Of a DNA stretch of 64,000 nt, positions 10,448 through 22,449 are shown piece by piece; within the stretch, counting starts at the first letter, position 1; each line of letters begins with the position of its first letter. Position numbers and translations under genes: made by a program. The stretch is from Felis catus. Its lineage: Eukaryota. A model generated the notes under the pieces. The model searched no databases. It was not told the origin of the DNA and saw only the letters and a program-made list of their open reading frames with translations. The DNA lies in the NCBI RefSeq assembly GCF_018350175.1, contig NC_058368.1, positions 117,182,001 to 117,246,000 of the forward strand, in the 5' to 3' direction.

Positions 10448-11929
10448 GAAATATGCAAACAGTGTAAGTGTTGTCATGAAGAAAAACTGAAGAGATTGTT
10501 TATTTTTTAGACTTATTAGAGATTTTGGGATGGCAATGTCTGTATGTGTTTCCAGGTGAGGTATGTCTTTAGTTTACCCGTACTGCTGATCTTAATGATG
10601 ACTTTGTGGAACACGCAGCTAACAAATTGTGTTTTGAGTGTTTTGGTAATGTGGTGAATATGTAGTAATCTCTTTTATATAAGTTTCCTGTAACTTTCAC
10701 ACACGGAAAAAATTTTTGGATAGTGCTCAGATTCTAAGTGTTTCTTGAGAGCCTTATGCTTCTAGTATAATGTTGAACCTAAATTGAACACTAATGTATA
10801 GTAGTCTTAGGAAAACATTGCTGGAATCTGTGAAAAGCCTGGATTTTTTAGCGAATTCCATACAGGAGTAGGGAATCCTAGCATCCTTATTTTTTGTTGT
10901 TGTTGCCTGTCTCCTTCCAAAGATACAGTAGTTAATATCTGGACTTACGGAAGAAGTTAGAAATCGTTTGAGAAAGAAAGGTAATCAAATGGCCCTAAAG
11001 TGAGACGTGTTACTGGTAATGAAATTCACATGTCACTTTATATTTTGTGACAACCAAGACAAAAAAAGGAAAAATAGTATGGTTCTGTCTGATTTTTTTT
11101 AAAGGAAGTTTTTGAGCTGATCTAAAAATGTAAATTTTGTATTTTAAGTTCCAGGTGAAACTTAATGAGTAGAACTTTCTAAATGATATCATCAGGATTA
11201 GAGGGCAGTGTAACGTCCTGTTTTGTAAAAGCTATCAAAATGTTTATCACAAGGCTGGTTTTCATATGGTGGTCAATTCAAAATGAAAGACATAACACAC
11301 AACAGAAATTATTTGGGAAACTAAACTGCTATAGTCCAGTTATGCTGACTTCTGTTCACTTAACCTGATTTAGAGACAAATGATTACAAGTTGGGACAAT
11401 GAACAATCATGACCTTTAGGCTGTATCTCATATAGCAATGATCTTAACTAATGCTTTCAGTTGAGCTAAATAGGCTCCATTAATTAGTTGTTAAGTGAAT
11501 GAATGGACAAATGTGTGTGCTCTGGGGATTACTTGCTATCAGTATTCTAAGATATAATATAGAAAAGTAGCAGCTTTGCAATGAGGTAATTCCTAAATTT
11601 GTGACCTTTAACAAGTTTTTTAAATCTCTAGCAGCTTCAGCAAAATAGAGATAATGTATAATTTGAAAGATTGTGGTGAGGAGTAGTGATAACATATAAA
11701 CCATCTTGTTTATAATAGGTAATTAATGGTGGCCATATTTTTACATTGTTGATATGAAAAGGAGTCAAGCTTTCAATATTAGCTTACTTGACATTTTGTG
11801 AAAAGTAATGATTTGTGTGCTTCTATGGGTGGTACAATGGGATGACATGTGAATGGAAGTAAAACTATTCTAGAATTTTTATGAAAGCTAATTTAAAAAG
11901 CTTAAGTGCTTAGGTGCATTCATTTGTAA

Positions 11930-12225
11930 ATTTTTTTAAAAACTGAATTATAATTGACATACAATATTGTATTAGTTTCAGGTGTATGACAGTGATTCAG
12001 CATTTTTATATGTTACGAAATGATCACCTTGATATGTCTAGTTATTGTCACTATACAGAGTTATTACAGTATTATTGACAATTCTCTATGCTGTATGTTA
12101 CATTGACCATAGGTGTAGTTACTGTCTGTCACTACACAAAGTTATTACAGTATTACTGACTTCCCTTTGTTGTGTATTACATCCCTATGACTTACTTTAT
12201 AACTGGTTTATACCAATTGATCCCC
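11930..12225 (-). mobile_element. Old L1 3'-end fragment with an internal duplication
   Basis: taattgacatacaatattgtattagtttcaggtgta... is typical of an antisense L1 3' terminus. Confidence 0.65.
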
Positions 12226-13073
12226 TTCACCAAAGGGGATTAGATGATGAATAGCTTATAAACAAAATGTATTGCTCACTGTTTTGAAGGCCGGAATTCT
12301 GAGATAAGGGTGCCAGGATGGTCAGGTGAGGGCTTCCTTCTAGATCACAGGCTTTTGGCTGTGACCTCACATGGCAGAATGGGCAAAGGATCTCCCTAGG
12401 CACATTCTTGATTGAGAAACCCCTGTTTGGGGTCATAAAAGATCAGGAACCATTGTTTTGGATGGGACAGTTGTAGGAGTGTTAATTTTTCTCTTTCTGA
12501 ACCATAGTGAAACCTAACCAAGGGTCCTATGAAATTTCTCCTTTAAAGGAACTTTTTACTTCATTAGGATTGTTAGGATGATTTAACTGGAAAAAGTATC
12601 ATCAAAACCTGAAAGTTGGAGTCATTTGGTTTTGGCAACATGAGAGTTTAAGCTAACATAACACATTTAATATAACATGTCAGTCTTAGCTTTAGAATAT
12701 TTGTTGATAATTTAGGATTGATAATTAGTATATTTGTTGATATTTTTTAGAGAAACTAGGCAGTAGGTTTGGATGCTTCTTTTGTGCTTGTTCCAGTAAT
12801 GAAATTATGTGAAAGACTTTGTTTTCTTCCTGTGTGTTAAGGAAGGTGGGTTTACATTCATTTAATCTAATAAGTTAAAGTGTTCAGCTATAACTTAAAA
12901 GTTGCAGCTCCACTATTTCATACCACCTGAAGTGGAAATGTAATCTGCCAACAGATATTCTTCGTCCACATCCATTCTAGAAGAGATTTTATGCTGTTTG
13001 AAGCAGAAATAGGCTAGGATTCTTGGTGAGACTGTACATCTTGTTGAGACTATGCAACCCATAGATCATTTTA

Positions 13074-13328
13074 TTTTTTTATTTTTTTTCTGGAGATTTA
13101 ATCTCTGCAGTCTTTATTTTTTTAACGTTTATTTATTTTTGAGACAGAGAGAGACAGAGCATGAACGGGGGAGGGTCAGAGAGAGAGGGAGACACAGAAT
13201 CTGAAACAGGCTCCAGGCTCTGAGCGGTCAGCACAGAGCCCGACGCGGGGCTCGAACTCACGGACCGTGAGATCATGACCTGAGCTGAAGTCAGACGCTT
13301 AACCGACTGAGCCACCCAGGTGCCCCCA
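13074..13328 (-). mobile_element. Young feline SINE (SINEC_Fc-like) with an extra 3' segment
   Basis: Near-consensus body retaining CpGs. TSD ccatagatcatttta (13059) / ccatacatcatttta (13329). Confidence 0.95.
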
Positions 13329-13744
13329 CCATACATCATTTTAAACTGAATTAGAAGGCTAATGATAAATAAATGGGCTTTATCACAGTTTTCTTAGTTA
13401 CATGTGACAGAGTATAGCTGTGATCATGAACAGTTCTGATGAAAATTATATTTTTTCCTTATGCCATATACCAGGTTAAAAAAAAAACACCTCCACATGA
13501 AATATGTGTAGTTCTTTGTATGTCAGTTATACCTCAGTAAAGCTACTTCAAAAAATTTTAAAGTAAACACCTGTGAAGGGTTGTTGATCAAAGAGATGTT
13601 GATCAAATAGGTTTACTACTCTCTAGAGTTACACTTAGAGTTCATTTTTAGGAAACCATATCTAATGAAAAGCTATCAATAAAAGAACACACCATTTAGG
13701 ATTCTTAAAATGTGACAGGAAAAGATAGCTTATGAAATGTAATT

Positions 13745-13973
13745 GAAAAATTTTTAATGTTTATGTATTTTCAGAAAGAGACAGAGAACATAAGCGGGGG
13801 GGGGGCGGGGAGAGAGAGCGAGCGAGTGAGAGAATGAATGAATGAATCCTAAGCATGATCCATGCTGTCAGTACAGAGCCCGGGCTCAGGGCTCAAACCC
13901 ACAAACTGTGAGATCATGACCTGAGCTGAAATCAAGAGTCAGACGCCTAACTGACTGAGTCACCCAGGCGCCC
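13745..13973 (-). mobile_element. Can-SINE
   Basis: Reverse-complement head gagtcacccaggcgccc, (GA)n tract and T-tail. Confidence 0.9.
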
Positions 13974-14509
13974 TGAAAATATCTTTGCTAGAGTATGAGT
14001 TTACTTGATACCAAATGGGAAGAGTTGTGGTTCAGAAAAATGTGAAGAAATTGTTATCAGATGAGCCATAGACTCAATAATTTGTATGTAAAAGAAATCA
14101 ATATCTCCACAATTTCTCTTAGAGAAGCCATAGAAGGACAAGTATAATTTCTTAGTTCATCTTTAAGTCTCTGAAGCATTCCACACAATGGTTTGTACCC
14201 CTTCTAAATATTCAGTAAAAGGCCTCAGTTCAGTGATTAGAAAGTAGTCTCTTGGGGGAAAATCATAGCACAAACTACTTATTTTACATGTGCTTTTCCT
14301 CTATATCAAACTCCTAATAAGAGCCAACTCTCTGACCTATCTATGCAAAGCTAAGGAACTGGAGATGTGTCAACATTTTTAAATAGTTGCCTCTGTACAT
14401 AAGCTTTCAATATTGTGAAACTTCTTAGATGCTTTCTGCATATTTGCAGCTGAAGATCCAGCCAGTAGTTCATCCTGAGACTTCCATACAAAAAAAATTA
14501 AAGTAAACT

Positions 14510-14714
14510 TACTTTATTTAATTTTATAAGTTTATTAATTTATTTCAGAGAGAGAGAGTGCAAACAGGGGAAGGGGAGAGAGAAAATCCCAAGTAGGCTC
14601 TGTGCTGTCAGCGCAGAGCCCAACCCTGGGGCTCCATCTCACAAACTGTGAGATCATGACCTGAGCTGAAATCAAGAATCAGACTCTTAACCGACTGAGT
14701 CACCCAGGCGCCCC
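14510..14714 (-). mobile_element. Can-SINE
   Basis: Reverse-complement head ending cacccaggcgcccc at 14714. Confidence 0.9.
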
Positions 14715-14787
14715 ACAAAATTTTTTTTTTAAAAAAGAGACAACCTAAAAAATAACTTAAGCATGAAGAGCTATAAAAACAAGTCAT

Positions 14788-15008
14788 GGGGCGCCTGGGT
14801 GGCTCAGTCGGTTAAGTGTCCGACTTCGGCACAGGTCATGATCTCACAGTTTGTGGGTTTGAGCCCCATGTCGGGCTCTGTGCTGACAGCTCAGAGCCTG
14901 GATCCTGTTTCGGATTCTATGTCTCCCTCTCTCTCTCTGCCCCTCCCTTGTTCACACTCTGTCTCTGTCTCAAGAATAAATAAACATTAAAAAAAATTAA
15001 AAAAAAAA
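14788..15008 (+). mobile_element. Feline SINE
   Basis: ggggcgcctgggtggctcagtcggttaag head, (CT)n, A-tail and TSD aaaaacaagtca. Confidence 0.95.
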
Positions 15009-15175
15009 ACAAGTCACCACTTTGACCTCATATGCTGGAGTCAGTGAGAATATAAATTCCCAGGAATATTTAATTGCATGAATAAGGCTGTACTACTGCT
15101 GCTTCTCAGTCTACAAATTCCAGTGAGAAACATCTTTCTCAACTCTTCAGATCATTGAACTCTGATTACTTCAGG

Positions 15176-15219
15176 CTGCAGTCCTAAGGCAGAGACTTAG
15201 AGTATTGCTGTGAGTCAGT
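15176..15219 (+). promoter_or_regulatory. CpG-decayed CSE relic upstream of the gamma-B pseudogene
   Basis: ctgcagtcctaaggcagagacttagagtattgctgtgagtcagt aligns to the B8 CSE: gagcgccgctg has become gagtattgctg, and TGCAGT sits 29 nt upstream of the (C>T)GCT box. Confidence 0.6.
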
Positions 15220-15269
15220 GTGGAAATAGAGGTTAACAGGGAGATCTGTAAGGTTTCTGCTGGGTGACT

Positions 15270-16690
15270 TTATTCATTGGACCCTTCCAAGGATATAGGT
15301 CTATGTGTCCAGGACTTGGTTGTTCAGAAGCTGTGGATTAATGTGGTAAAAGAATACTTCACTCTGAGTTAAGAAAGTGGACACTTAATTGTAACAGGAT
15401 GGACCTGAAACAGATATGCCCATATGCCATGGTTTGTGTCAAATGTTTAGAAACGGTAGTTGAAAATCCTTTAAATGTTTTCTACATTAGATAGTTAAGA
15501 TGCAAAGTTCAGCAGGAGTGTTACTGACTTAAATGTCTGAGTTGACCCAGCTTGGGGCAAGATTTGTAATAGAACCTACAGAAGACACTGATGTTGGAAG
15601 CAATTTTGCCACCTTAGCAGCAGGACTATATTTGTCTTTGAAGTAAAAGAGATCAACAGTGGAAACAAATAGGTTGAACCTGCGTTAGAGAAGCCAATAG
15701 ACTAGGAAAAGCAAAACTCACATGGCTTAGTCCTGACAGCCTTAGATGTCAAAGACAGCCCCAAAGCAGCACTGCTTAGATCTCCACCCTGGTGGTTGAT
15801 GCAACTGTATCTCCCTACTCATTTTCAGCCAGAATGTATACGGGGTCATCCTTTGAGAAAACATGCTGCCTGAGCCACTTCCATTGGTGAGGATGAGGGC
15901 TGCTGATCCATATGAGAGCAGTAAAGTGGAGATCAGATATATCTTGGCAGCCCAGAGTACCTGTATCCAGTTTCATCTTGATCACAGTTGTGTTGAAATG
16001 AAAACTTTAAGTTCATTGGGCTGTGATGAGATTTAAAAATGTTCCATGGTTTTGGAAGCAAGGAACAGCGATGGGGAGGACTGGTTGCCTGGTGTAGTTG
16101 AGATCAAAATTTTCGGTGATAATGACAATCCCAGAGCTGATACTTTTATTTCCACAATGATTTCTGAAGATTCCCTACCTTTGACAGTAATCACTTTGTA
16201 TAAAACACAGGATCCAGGGGTACCTGGCTGGCTTAGTCAGAAGAGCATGTGACTCATGAGTTCAAGCCTGACATGGGCTGTGGAGAGTACTTAAATAAAT
16301 TAAAAAAAAAAAACTTTAAAACAAAAAAACCCACATGATCCAGATTTGGGAGAAAACAGGGAGGTCACATTTCTGGTATAGATTCAGAATTGAGTCTATC
16401 ACTAGTTCTGTCTTTTATCAGTAATTACTACATGCTTGCAACAGAAGGGGCCCTGGACTAGGAGCTGACCCTAGGGTACGATGTTACCTCTTACCTCTCT
16501 CTTCCAGCCGAAGGACCACCCCCTACACGTTGGTGACATCAACAGCAGGCCAGTTTTCCACCAGGCCACCTAGTGGTCCATGTGGCCCAAAACAGCCCTC
16601 CTGGCACCTTCATTGCCCAAGTCTGCACCTCAGATCCTGAGCTGGGATCCAACAGCAAATATCTCCCTACCCCCTTGTGGCTGGTATGGA
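15270..16690 (+). pseudogene. Highly degenerate protocadherin gamma-B relic (EC1 to start of EC5), in the position of human PCDHGB9P
   Basis: Manual translation gives colinear gamma-B fragments: KDIGLCVQDLVVQKLWINVVKEYFTLS*ESGHLIV, LETVVENPLNVFYI, EDTDVGSN, LEKPID*EKQNSHGLVLTALD, FSQNVYGVIL*EN, HDPDLGENREVT, SNYYMLATEGALD*E, VHVAQNSPPGTFIAQVCTSDPELGSN. A SINE interrupts it at 16217. Confidence 0.8.
16217..16325 (+). mobile_element. Short Can-SINE inserted in the gamma-B relic
   Basis: ggggtacctggctggcttagtcag head and A-tail, with diverged TSD acacaggatcca/ccacatgatcca. Confidence 0.8.
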
Positions 16691-17351
16691 TACTTAAAGT
16701 GAATTTGAGGTAGCACAGAGTGCTGGATAGGGGTTGTTCGTTGTAATCAGGTGGATCCAAATAATGTTAGCATAACATTTCACTCAACTTACATTTTACA
16801 AACATTTGAAAAATTATGGAATAACATTTACAATTAAAATTCCCTTTTGTATATCACTGTCAGTGGTTTGGAAGATTGCAGTCTAAAATGTAACAAAAAA
16901 AGGAAAAGGAAATCTTAACCTTGGAAAGTGTATTTAGATAAATTGGGTAATAAGAAAGTTGAAAAGAGTGAATTACTGGCAAGTCAAGAGAAATAGAATA
17001 TTAGTAAGAAGATACATAAAAGTGTGTCTGGTTAGTCATGGTAGGATTCCTTACTGGTGTGGATTCTATTGTTTGTCCAAACTATGTTAACTTTATTACC
17101 TCCCTGGTGATCTCTAAAAGGAATTCATATAATCATATAATTTGGCATATTCAACCTGGTTTCTTTTGCTCACCTGAAGAGTTTGCTAAAGCTTGGAAAC
17201 CAAGAAAAGGCAAGAATCTCAACAAATATGTGCCACTGGCATATCACTTTATCTTGTGTAGTGTTTTCTCTAGCAGTGTGTTAGGGGAGGCAGTGAGTAT
17301 TCCTGGTGAGCAAAGGGCACTTATTTAATACATGTTGACTCTTTCCTTTAC

Positions 17352-17527
17352 CTTATTTTTAGTTTATTTTTAATGTTTATTTTTGAGGGGGATGGGGCAC
17401 AGAGAGGGAAATAGAGGATCTGAGGTGGGCTGTGTCCTGAGAGCAAAGAGCCTGATGTAGGGCTCCAACTCTCGAACCAGGAGATCATGACCTGAGCCTA
17501 AGTCTGACTGAGCCACTCAGGAGCCCC
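17352..17527 (-). mobile_element. Can-SINE
   Basis: Reverse-complement SINE body and head (gagccactcaggagcccc). Confidence 0.8.
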
Positions 17528-17529
17528 CT

Positions 17530-18190
17530 ATCTTATTTTACATTGATTTTTGCATGTGATATGTGGTAGGAATTCATTGAGGTAGGAGTCAAGGTTCTTG
17601 ACTTTTTTTTTTCTTTTGTTCTTTTGTTGAAAGGATGTTCCTTTTCCTATTGAATTACTTTGGCCCCCTTGTTGAAAATCATTTGATATAAGTTGGTCTG
17701 TTTCTATACTTCCCGTCATGTGCCATGGATCTGTTTGTCCATCCTTCTGCCACAACCACACTGTCTTGATTATTGTCGCTTCATGGTGAGTCTTGAAGTC
17801 AGGTTGGTGAATCCTCCCATTTTTTTTCCTTGTTTTTTTTTCAGCATTGTCCTGACTGTTCATAATCTTTTTCTCTTTCCAAATAAAAGTCATCTTCTCA
17901 CTATAGAGGGAAAAAGCCTGCAAGGGTTTTGAATGGGACTGCACTAAATCTATAAATCTTTTGGGAGAGGGGTCATCTTAACAATAATAAGACTTCTAAC
18001 CTATGAGAGTGGTACTATATTTCCATGTATCTAGATCTTCTTTAACTTAGCAGTGTTTTATAGTGTTTAGTGTAGAGGTCTTATGTAATCTTTCATTAAA
18101 TTATTCCTACATATTTTATAGTTTGGGATGTTACTGTAAAATATATTTTAATTTCATTTTCTGATTGTTGCTGTTTATTTTTGTATACTG
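17530..18190 (-). mobile_element. Old L1 ORF2 fragment
   Basis: The minus-strand ORF contains PDFKTHHEATIIKTVWLWQKD, resembling L1 ORF2p PDFKxYYKAxxIKTxWYW. Confidence 0.8.
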
Positions 18191-18389
18191 CACCTGGTTT
18201 TGAAACACAAGAAGTGCAAGGTACTCTATTCTAATACTGTGTGAGAATATAATGTAAAAGTATATAGTTTAAGTCTAAACCACATCTACATAAATTCAGG
18301 CATCCATTCTCTGAAATATATAGATTGGAAGAGCCTATCCCAAAACAGAGTAAACACTAGTGTCTGCCCCAAGTCTAGCGGTGGTTGGA

Positions 18390-19430
18390 TCATTAATTCA
18401 TTTATATGACAAATATTTATTAACTGCCTGGTATATGCAAGCCATTGTCCTAAGTGCCAAAGATGCACCAGTGAATAAGGCAGCTATGACTCCTGACTTA
18501 ATGGGTCTCTTTCTAAGATACGGTCTTTTATACGTCTGATAAATGCTACCAAGGAGAAAAGCAAGGATGCTAAGAGAGGTTATAATGGGGGGGGGGGCTA
18601 CCCTAGCCTGAGGGTCAGGGAGGGCTTCTTTCAGGAAGTGATAAATTGAGTGTGAGATGTGAAAGATGAGTAGAAGTTAGCCAGGTGACAAGGAGATGAA
18701 AGAAGAAATTGTTTGGCAGAGGAAATAATGTGTGTAAAGGTCCTTCCAAAAAGATGAGCAAGTGAAAAAGGCTAAGGAAGCTAAAAATGAGGGACAGGCA
18801 GAGTCCTGTAAGCCATATTAAAGGCTCTGGATTTTATTCTAAATACTTTTGTACATAGGAGCTTTTGAAAAGTTTTAAACAGGGTAGTGACAAGATATGA
18901 TTTGAATTTTTAAAATATTTCTCTGGCTGTTGTGTGGCAGACTGATTTATGAGGGTTGTAAATGGAAATAGGAAAAATAGATGGGAGACCATGGCAGTGT
19001 TTCTGATAAAAAATGGTGCTGGATTGGATTAAAGGGAAGGCAGTGGCTATAGAAATAAATGGATAGATTGGAGATATACTTAGGAAATAGATTCAAGAAG
19101 AGAATAAAGGAATGGTGGAATGTAAGCTCCATAAGGTAGGGACTGTTTTCTCTTTTATATTCTTTAGTGTCTGGAAAGATCATTGCCTGGCTGGTAAATT
19201 TACAATTAAATATTGTTAATTGAAGAAAAACAGTGATTGAAAGAAAGGGGGGATTAAGAATCATTGCCAGATTTGTGAATTAAGGAACTGGATGGACAGA
19301 GGTACCATTTAGTGAGTTGTGGAAGACTAGAGAAGGGTAGATCACAGAGAAATTAGGATTTGAGTTGTAAACATGTTGTTTAAGATTCTGTGAAACATCC
19401 ACGTCCAGATATGAAGAAGGTGGTTGGACA
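18390..19430. mobile_element. Degenerate LINE-2-like fragments
   Basis: attcatt...aaatatttattaactgcc... start and purine-rich L2-like text (ggagggcttc...ggaagtga, tagtgacaagat...ttttaaaa...ctctggctg). Confidence 0.55.
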
Positions 19431-19540
19431 TATAGTAACCATTATTTTGATTCCTTCCATTGTGATAGTCCATTCAGATGGATAGATCCTCACCAGGCTG
19501 AGCTTGATAAGCTTCCTGGTAGCTCTACGCTGGTATGTTT

Positions 19541-19615
19541 TTGGGTTCATTACAGTGCTACCCCTGTTCTTTATTTTTCTTCCTGATCTCTTTTTCACTG
19601 TTAAAGACATCCAGC
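19541..19615. repeat. Source copy of a 75-bp inverted duplication (partner 22827-22901)
   Basis: Its reverse complement matches 22827-22901 at 74/75 nt. Confidence 0.95.
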
Positions 19616-20104
19616 ACCCAGAGAACCTCTTTGTTTAATTCATGCTCACTCTACTTTTCACATTAGCTCTGCCCAATTCTTTTCTGCCTCTAGAATTGTT
19701 TGGATTATAATTTACCAGGATGTTTTAAATTGTTGTTGCTTAATTTTCTTTCACTTGATTGTATATTTTTCATGCATGTTTTTAAGGCTGGTATTTTTTC
19801 ACCATATATTATTGGGTTACAAACAGTAGAATTTCAAATAAGGAATATTTAGGATAAGAGATGTGTAGCAACAATAATAAAATTGTTGAATTTTAATATT
19901 ACAAGTACACTTTGAAGATACACCCACACAAACTTAAAAATCCTTTAGGATTTTTAGTAACCATGTTAAAAAGATACTAATTTTTGTTCTGTGACTTTCA
20001 TCTGACATGTATTTGCTTCTTCCTCAATGTGTTCACTTTCTCTCCCTAACAAGAATACGAGCTCCTTCATAACAAGGGGTTATTTCTTTTCCATGGTATA
20101 TATT

Positions 20105-21395
20105 AAAATTTTTTTTAATGTTTATTTAGTTTTGAGAAAGAGAGGCACAGCGTGAGCAGGAAAGGGCAGAGAGAGAGGGAGACACAGACTCTGAAGCCAG
20201 CTCCAAGCTCTGAGTTGTCAGCAAAGAGGCGTTTGAACCCACCAGCCGAGCCGGGAGATCATGACCTGGGCCGAAGTCGACTCTCAACTGACTGAGCCAG
20301 CCAGGCGCCCCTTCATGGTATATTTTTAAGGCCTGGAACAGTCCTTGACATTGTTAAGCTCTAAATGAATATTTCCTGAATAAATTAATGGTAGTTAAGC
20401 ATTTTAAGTTGCAACTGGCAGTGTTAATGATGGTAGAACTTCTCCCCATAAAGGGATAAATATTTTTCATACTTTGGAGCACCTAGGTAGCTCATTGGGT
20501 TAAGCTTCTGACTCTTGATTTTAGCTCAGGGCATGATCTCACAGTTCGTGAGTTCAAGCCCTGCGTTGGGGCTCTGTGCTGACAGTGTGGAGCCTGCTTG
20601 GGATTCCCTTCCTCCCTCTCTCTAACTGTCTCCCTCCTCTGCACCCCCCCCCGCCTTATGCTCTCCCTCTCAAAATAAATAAATAAATTTAAAATATTTT
20701 TTTCAGGGCTCCTGGGTGGCTCAGTTGGTTAAGCATCCACCTTCAGCTCAGGTCATGATCTCACAGTTTGTTGAGTTCGAGCCCTGCGTCTGGCTCTGTG
20801 CTGATAGCTCAGAGCCTGGAGCCTGCTTCAGATTCTGTGTCTCCCTCTCTCTCTGCCCCTCCCCCATTCGCACTTGGTCTCCCTATCAAAAATAAACATT
20901 TTTAAAAAATTTAAATTTTTTTCCCTATTTTGATAGAGTGGTAAATTAAATGGTTGTATACATTTGCCCAAACTCATTGAACTCAAGATCCTTGGTTTTT
21001 CACTGTATATAAACAATACTCCAATTTAAAAAGATATAAAAGGGGTACCTGGCTGGCTCAGATGGCAGAGGATGCGACTCTTGACCTCAGTGTTTAAGTT
21101 TGATCCCTACATTGAGTGTAGAGATTATTTAAAAAATAAAATCTTGGGGCACCTGGGAGACTGAGTCACTTAAGTGTCTGACTGTTGGTTTCAGCTCAGG
21201 TCATGATCTCACGGTTCGTGAGTTCGAGCCCCGCATCAGACTCTGCACTGACAGCACAGAGCCTGCTTGGGAATCTCTGTCTCCCTCTCTCTCTGCCTCT
21301 TCCTTGTTTGCTGTCTCCCCCTCTCTCAAAAATAAATAAACATTTAAAAAATTTTTTAATTAAATTTTTTAAAAAAATTAGAGAGATAAAAAAAT
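20105..21395. mobile_element. Cluster of five Can-SINEs (20105-20311 minus; ~20476-20695, 20706-20915, 21042-21143 and 21146-21395 plus)
   Basis: Repeated SINE heads, (CT)-rich middles and A-tails; several are inserted into the tail of the previous copy. Confidence 0.9.
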
Positions 21396-22449
21396 AAAAC
21401 ATCAGATTCGGCCCACCCACAATTGTCTCCAGACTCACCTCTAAGAAGCCAGTAGTGTTAATATCTGATTATGTATACTTCCAAGCATTTTTTTGGTATA
21501 TGTAAATGTGTGTGCTTTTTTGCACAACAGGTATCATTTTATAGTAAGTATACTGTTCTGCATCTTGCTTTTTCCCAACTAATAATATTCCAGGGGCAGC
21601 TTTTCATTTGAGTCCTTATAGTTCTGCCATCTACCTCAATCTTAGTAATTTTATCTTATTTTGTGATGAGAAACACAGTTACGTCGTTCAAAAATGAAAT
21701 GGTTGCATATTAGGTATATATTGTCTTATTCCCATTCCTGTCCTACTCTTCTGCCCATGTTTCCTCCTGCCCACATACATTTTATTAGTTTCGTAGGTCT
21801 CTTTTAAGCATTTCTTTATACAGATAGGGGCAAATCTAGATATATATTTTCCCCACTTTTCTTACAAAACAGATAACATACACTGTTCTTTTTCTTGATT
21901 TCGTTACTCTACAATGTATCCTTTAAAAGTCTTCCCATATTAATACATAAGGAAAGTTTTTCTTTTAAACAGATGCTTGGTATTACACTGTGCTATTTAT
22001 CAGTCTCCTGATAGATAAATTCATTCTTGGGATGTTTTCAGTCTCTGACTATTACAAATAACTGCAGTGAAAAGTCTTGTACTGACATTATTTTGTGCAT
22101 GTGCGGTATATATGTGGGATGAATTCCCAAAAGTGGAATTGCTGGGTCAAAGAGTAAATAGGTTTGTAATTTTGATAGGTGCCTTCACAGCAAGTTTTCT
22201 TTTTAACTATTTTGAAATAATTTCAAATTTCCAAAAGGCTTTCAAGAATTGCACAAAGAACTGTATACCCTTTATCCAGACTTAGCTATTGTTAATTTGT
22301 ATTTTGCCACATTTCTTTTATTCTTTCTTTTTATTCTCTTTATCATTCTCATATGTGTGTGTGTTTATACACATACCTACATATGGTTTAAATAATACCA
22401 GTCTTATAGAAACAGTTCAAATTTCAGTTACCATGGCATTTTCTCTGAG

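Noticed and set aside
13133..13339. Recurrent similar short ORFs (WVAQSVKRLTSAQVMISR... / GRGRERGRHRIGNRLQ...) throughout the window
   Set aside because: They are translations of Can-SINE copies, not a gene family.
14788..14870. tRNA-like A/B-box sequences
   Set aside because: These are tRNA-derived SINE heads followed by CT tracts and A-tails, not tRNA genes.
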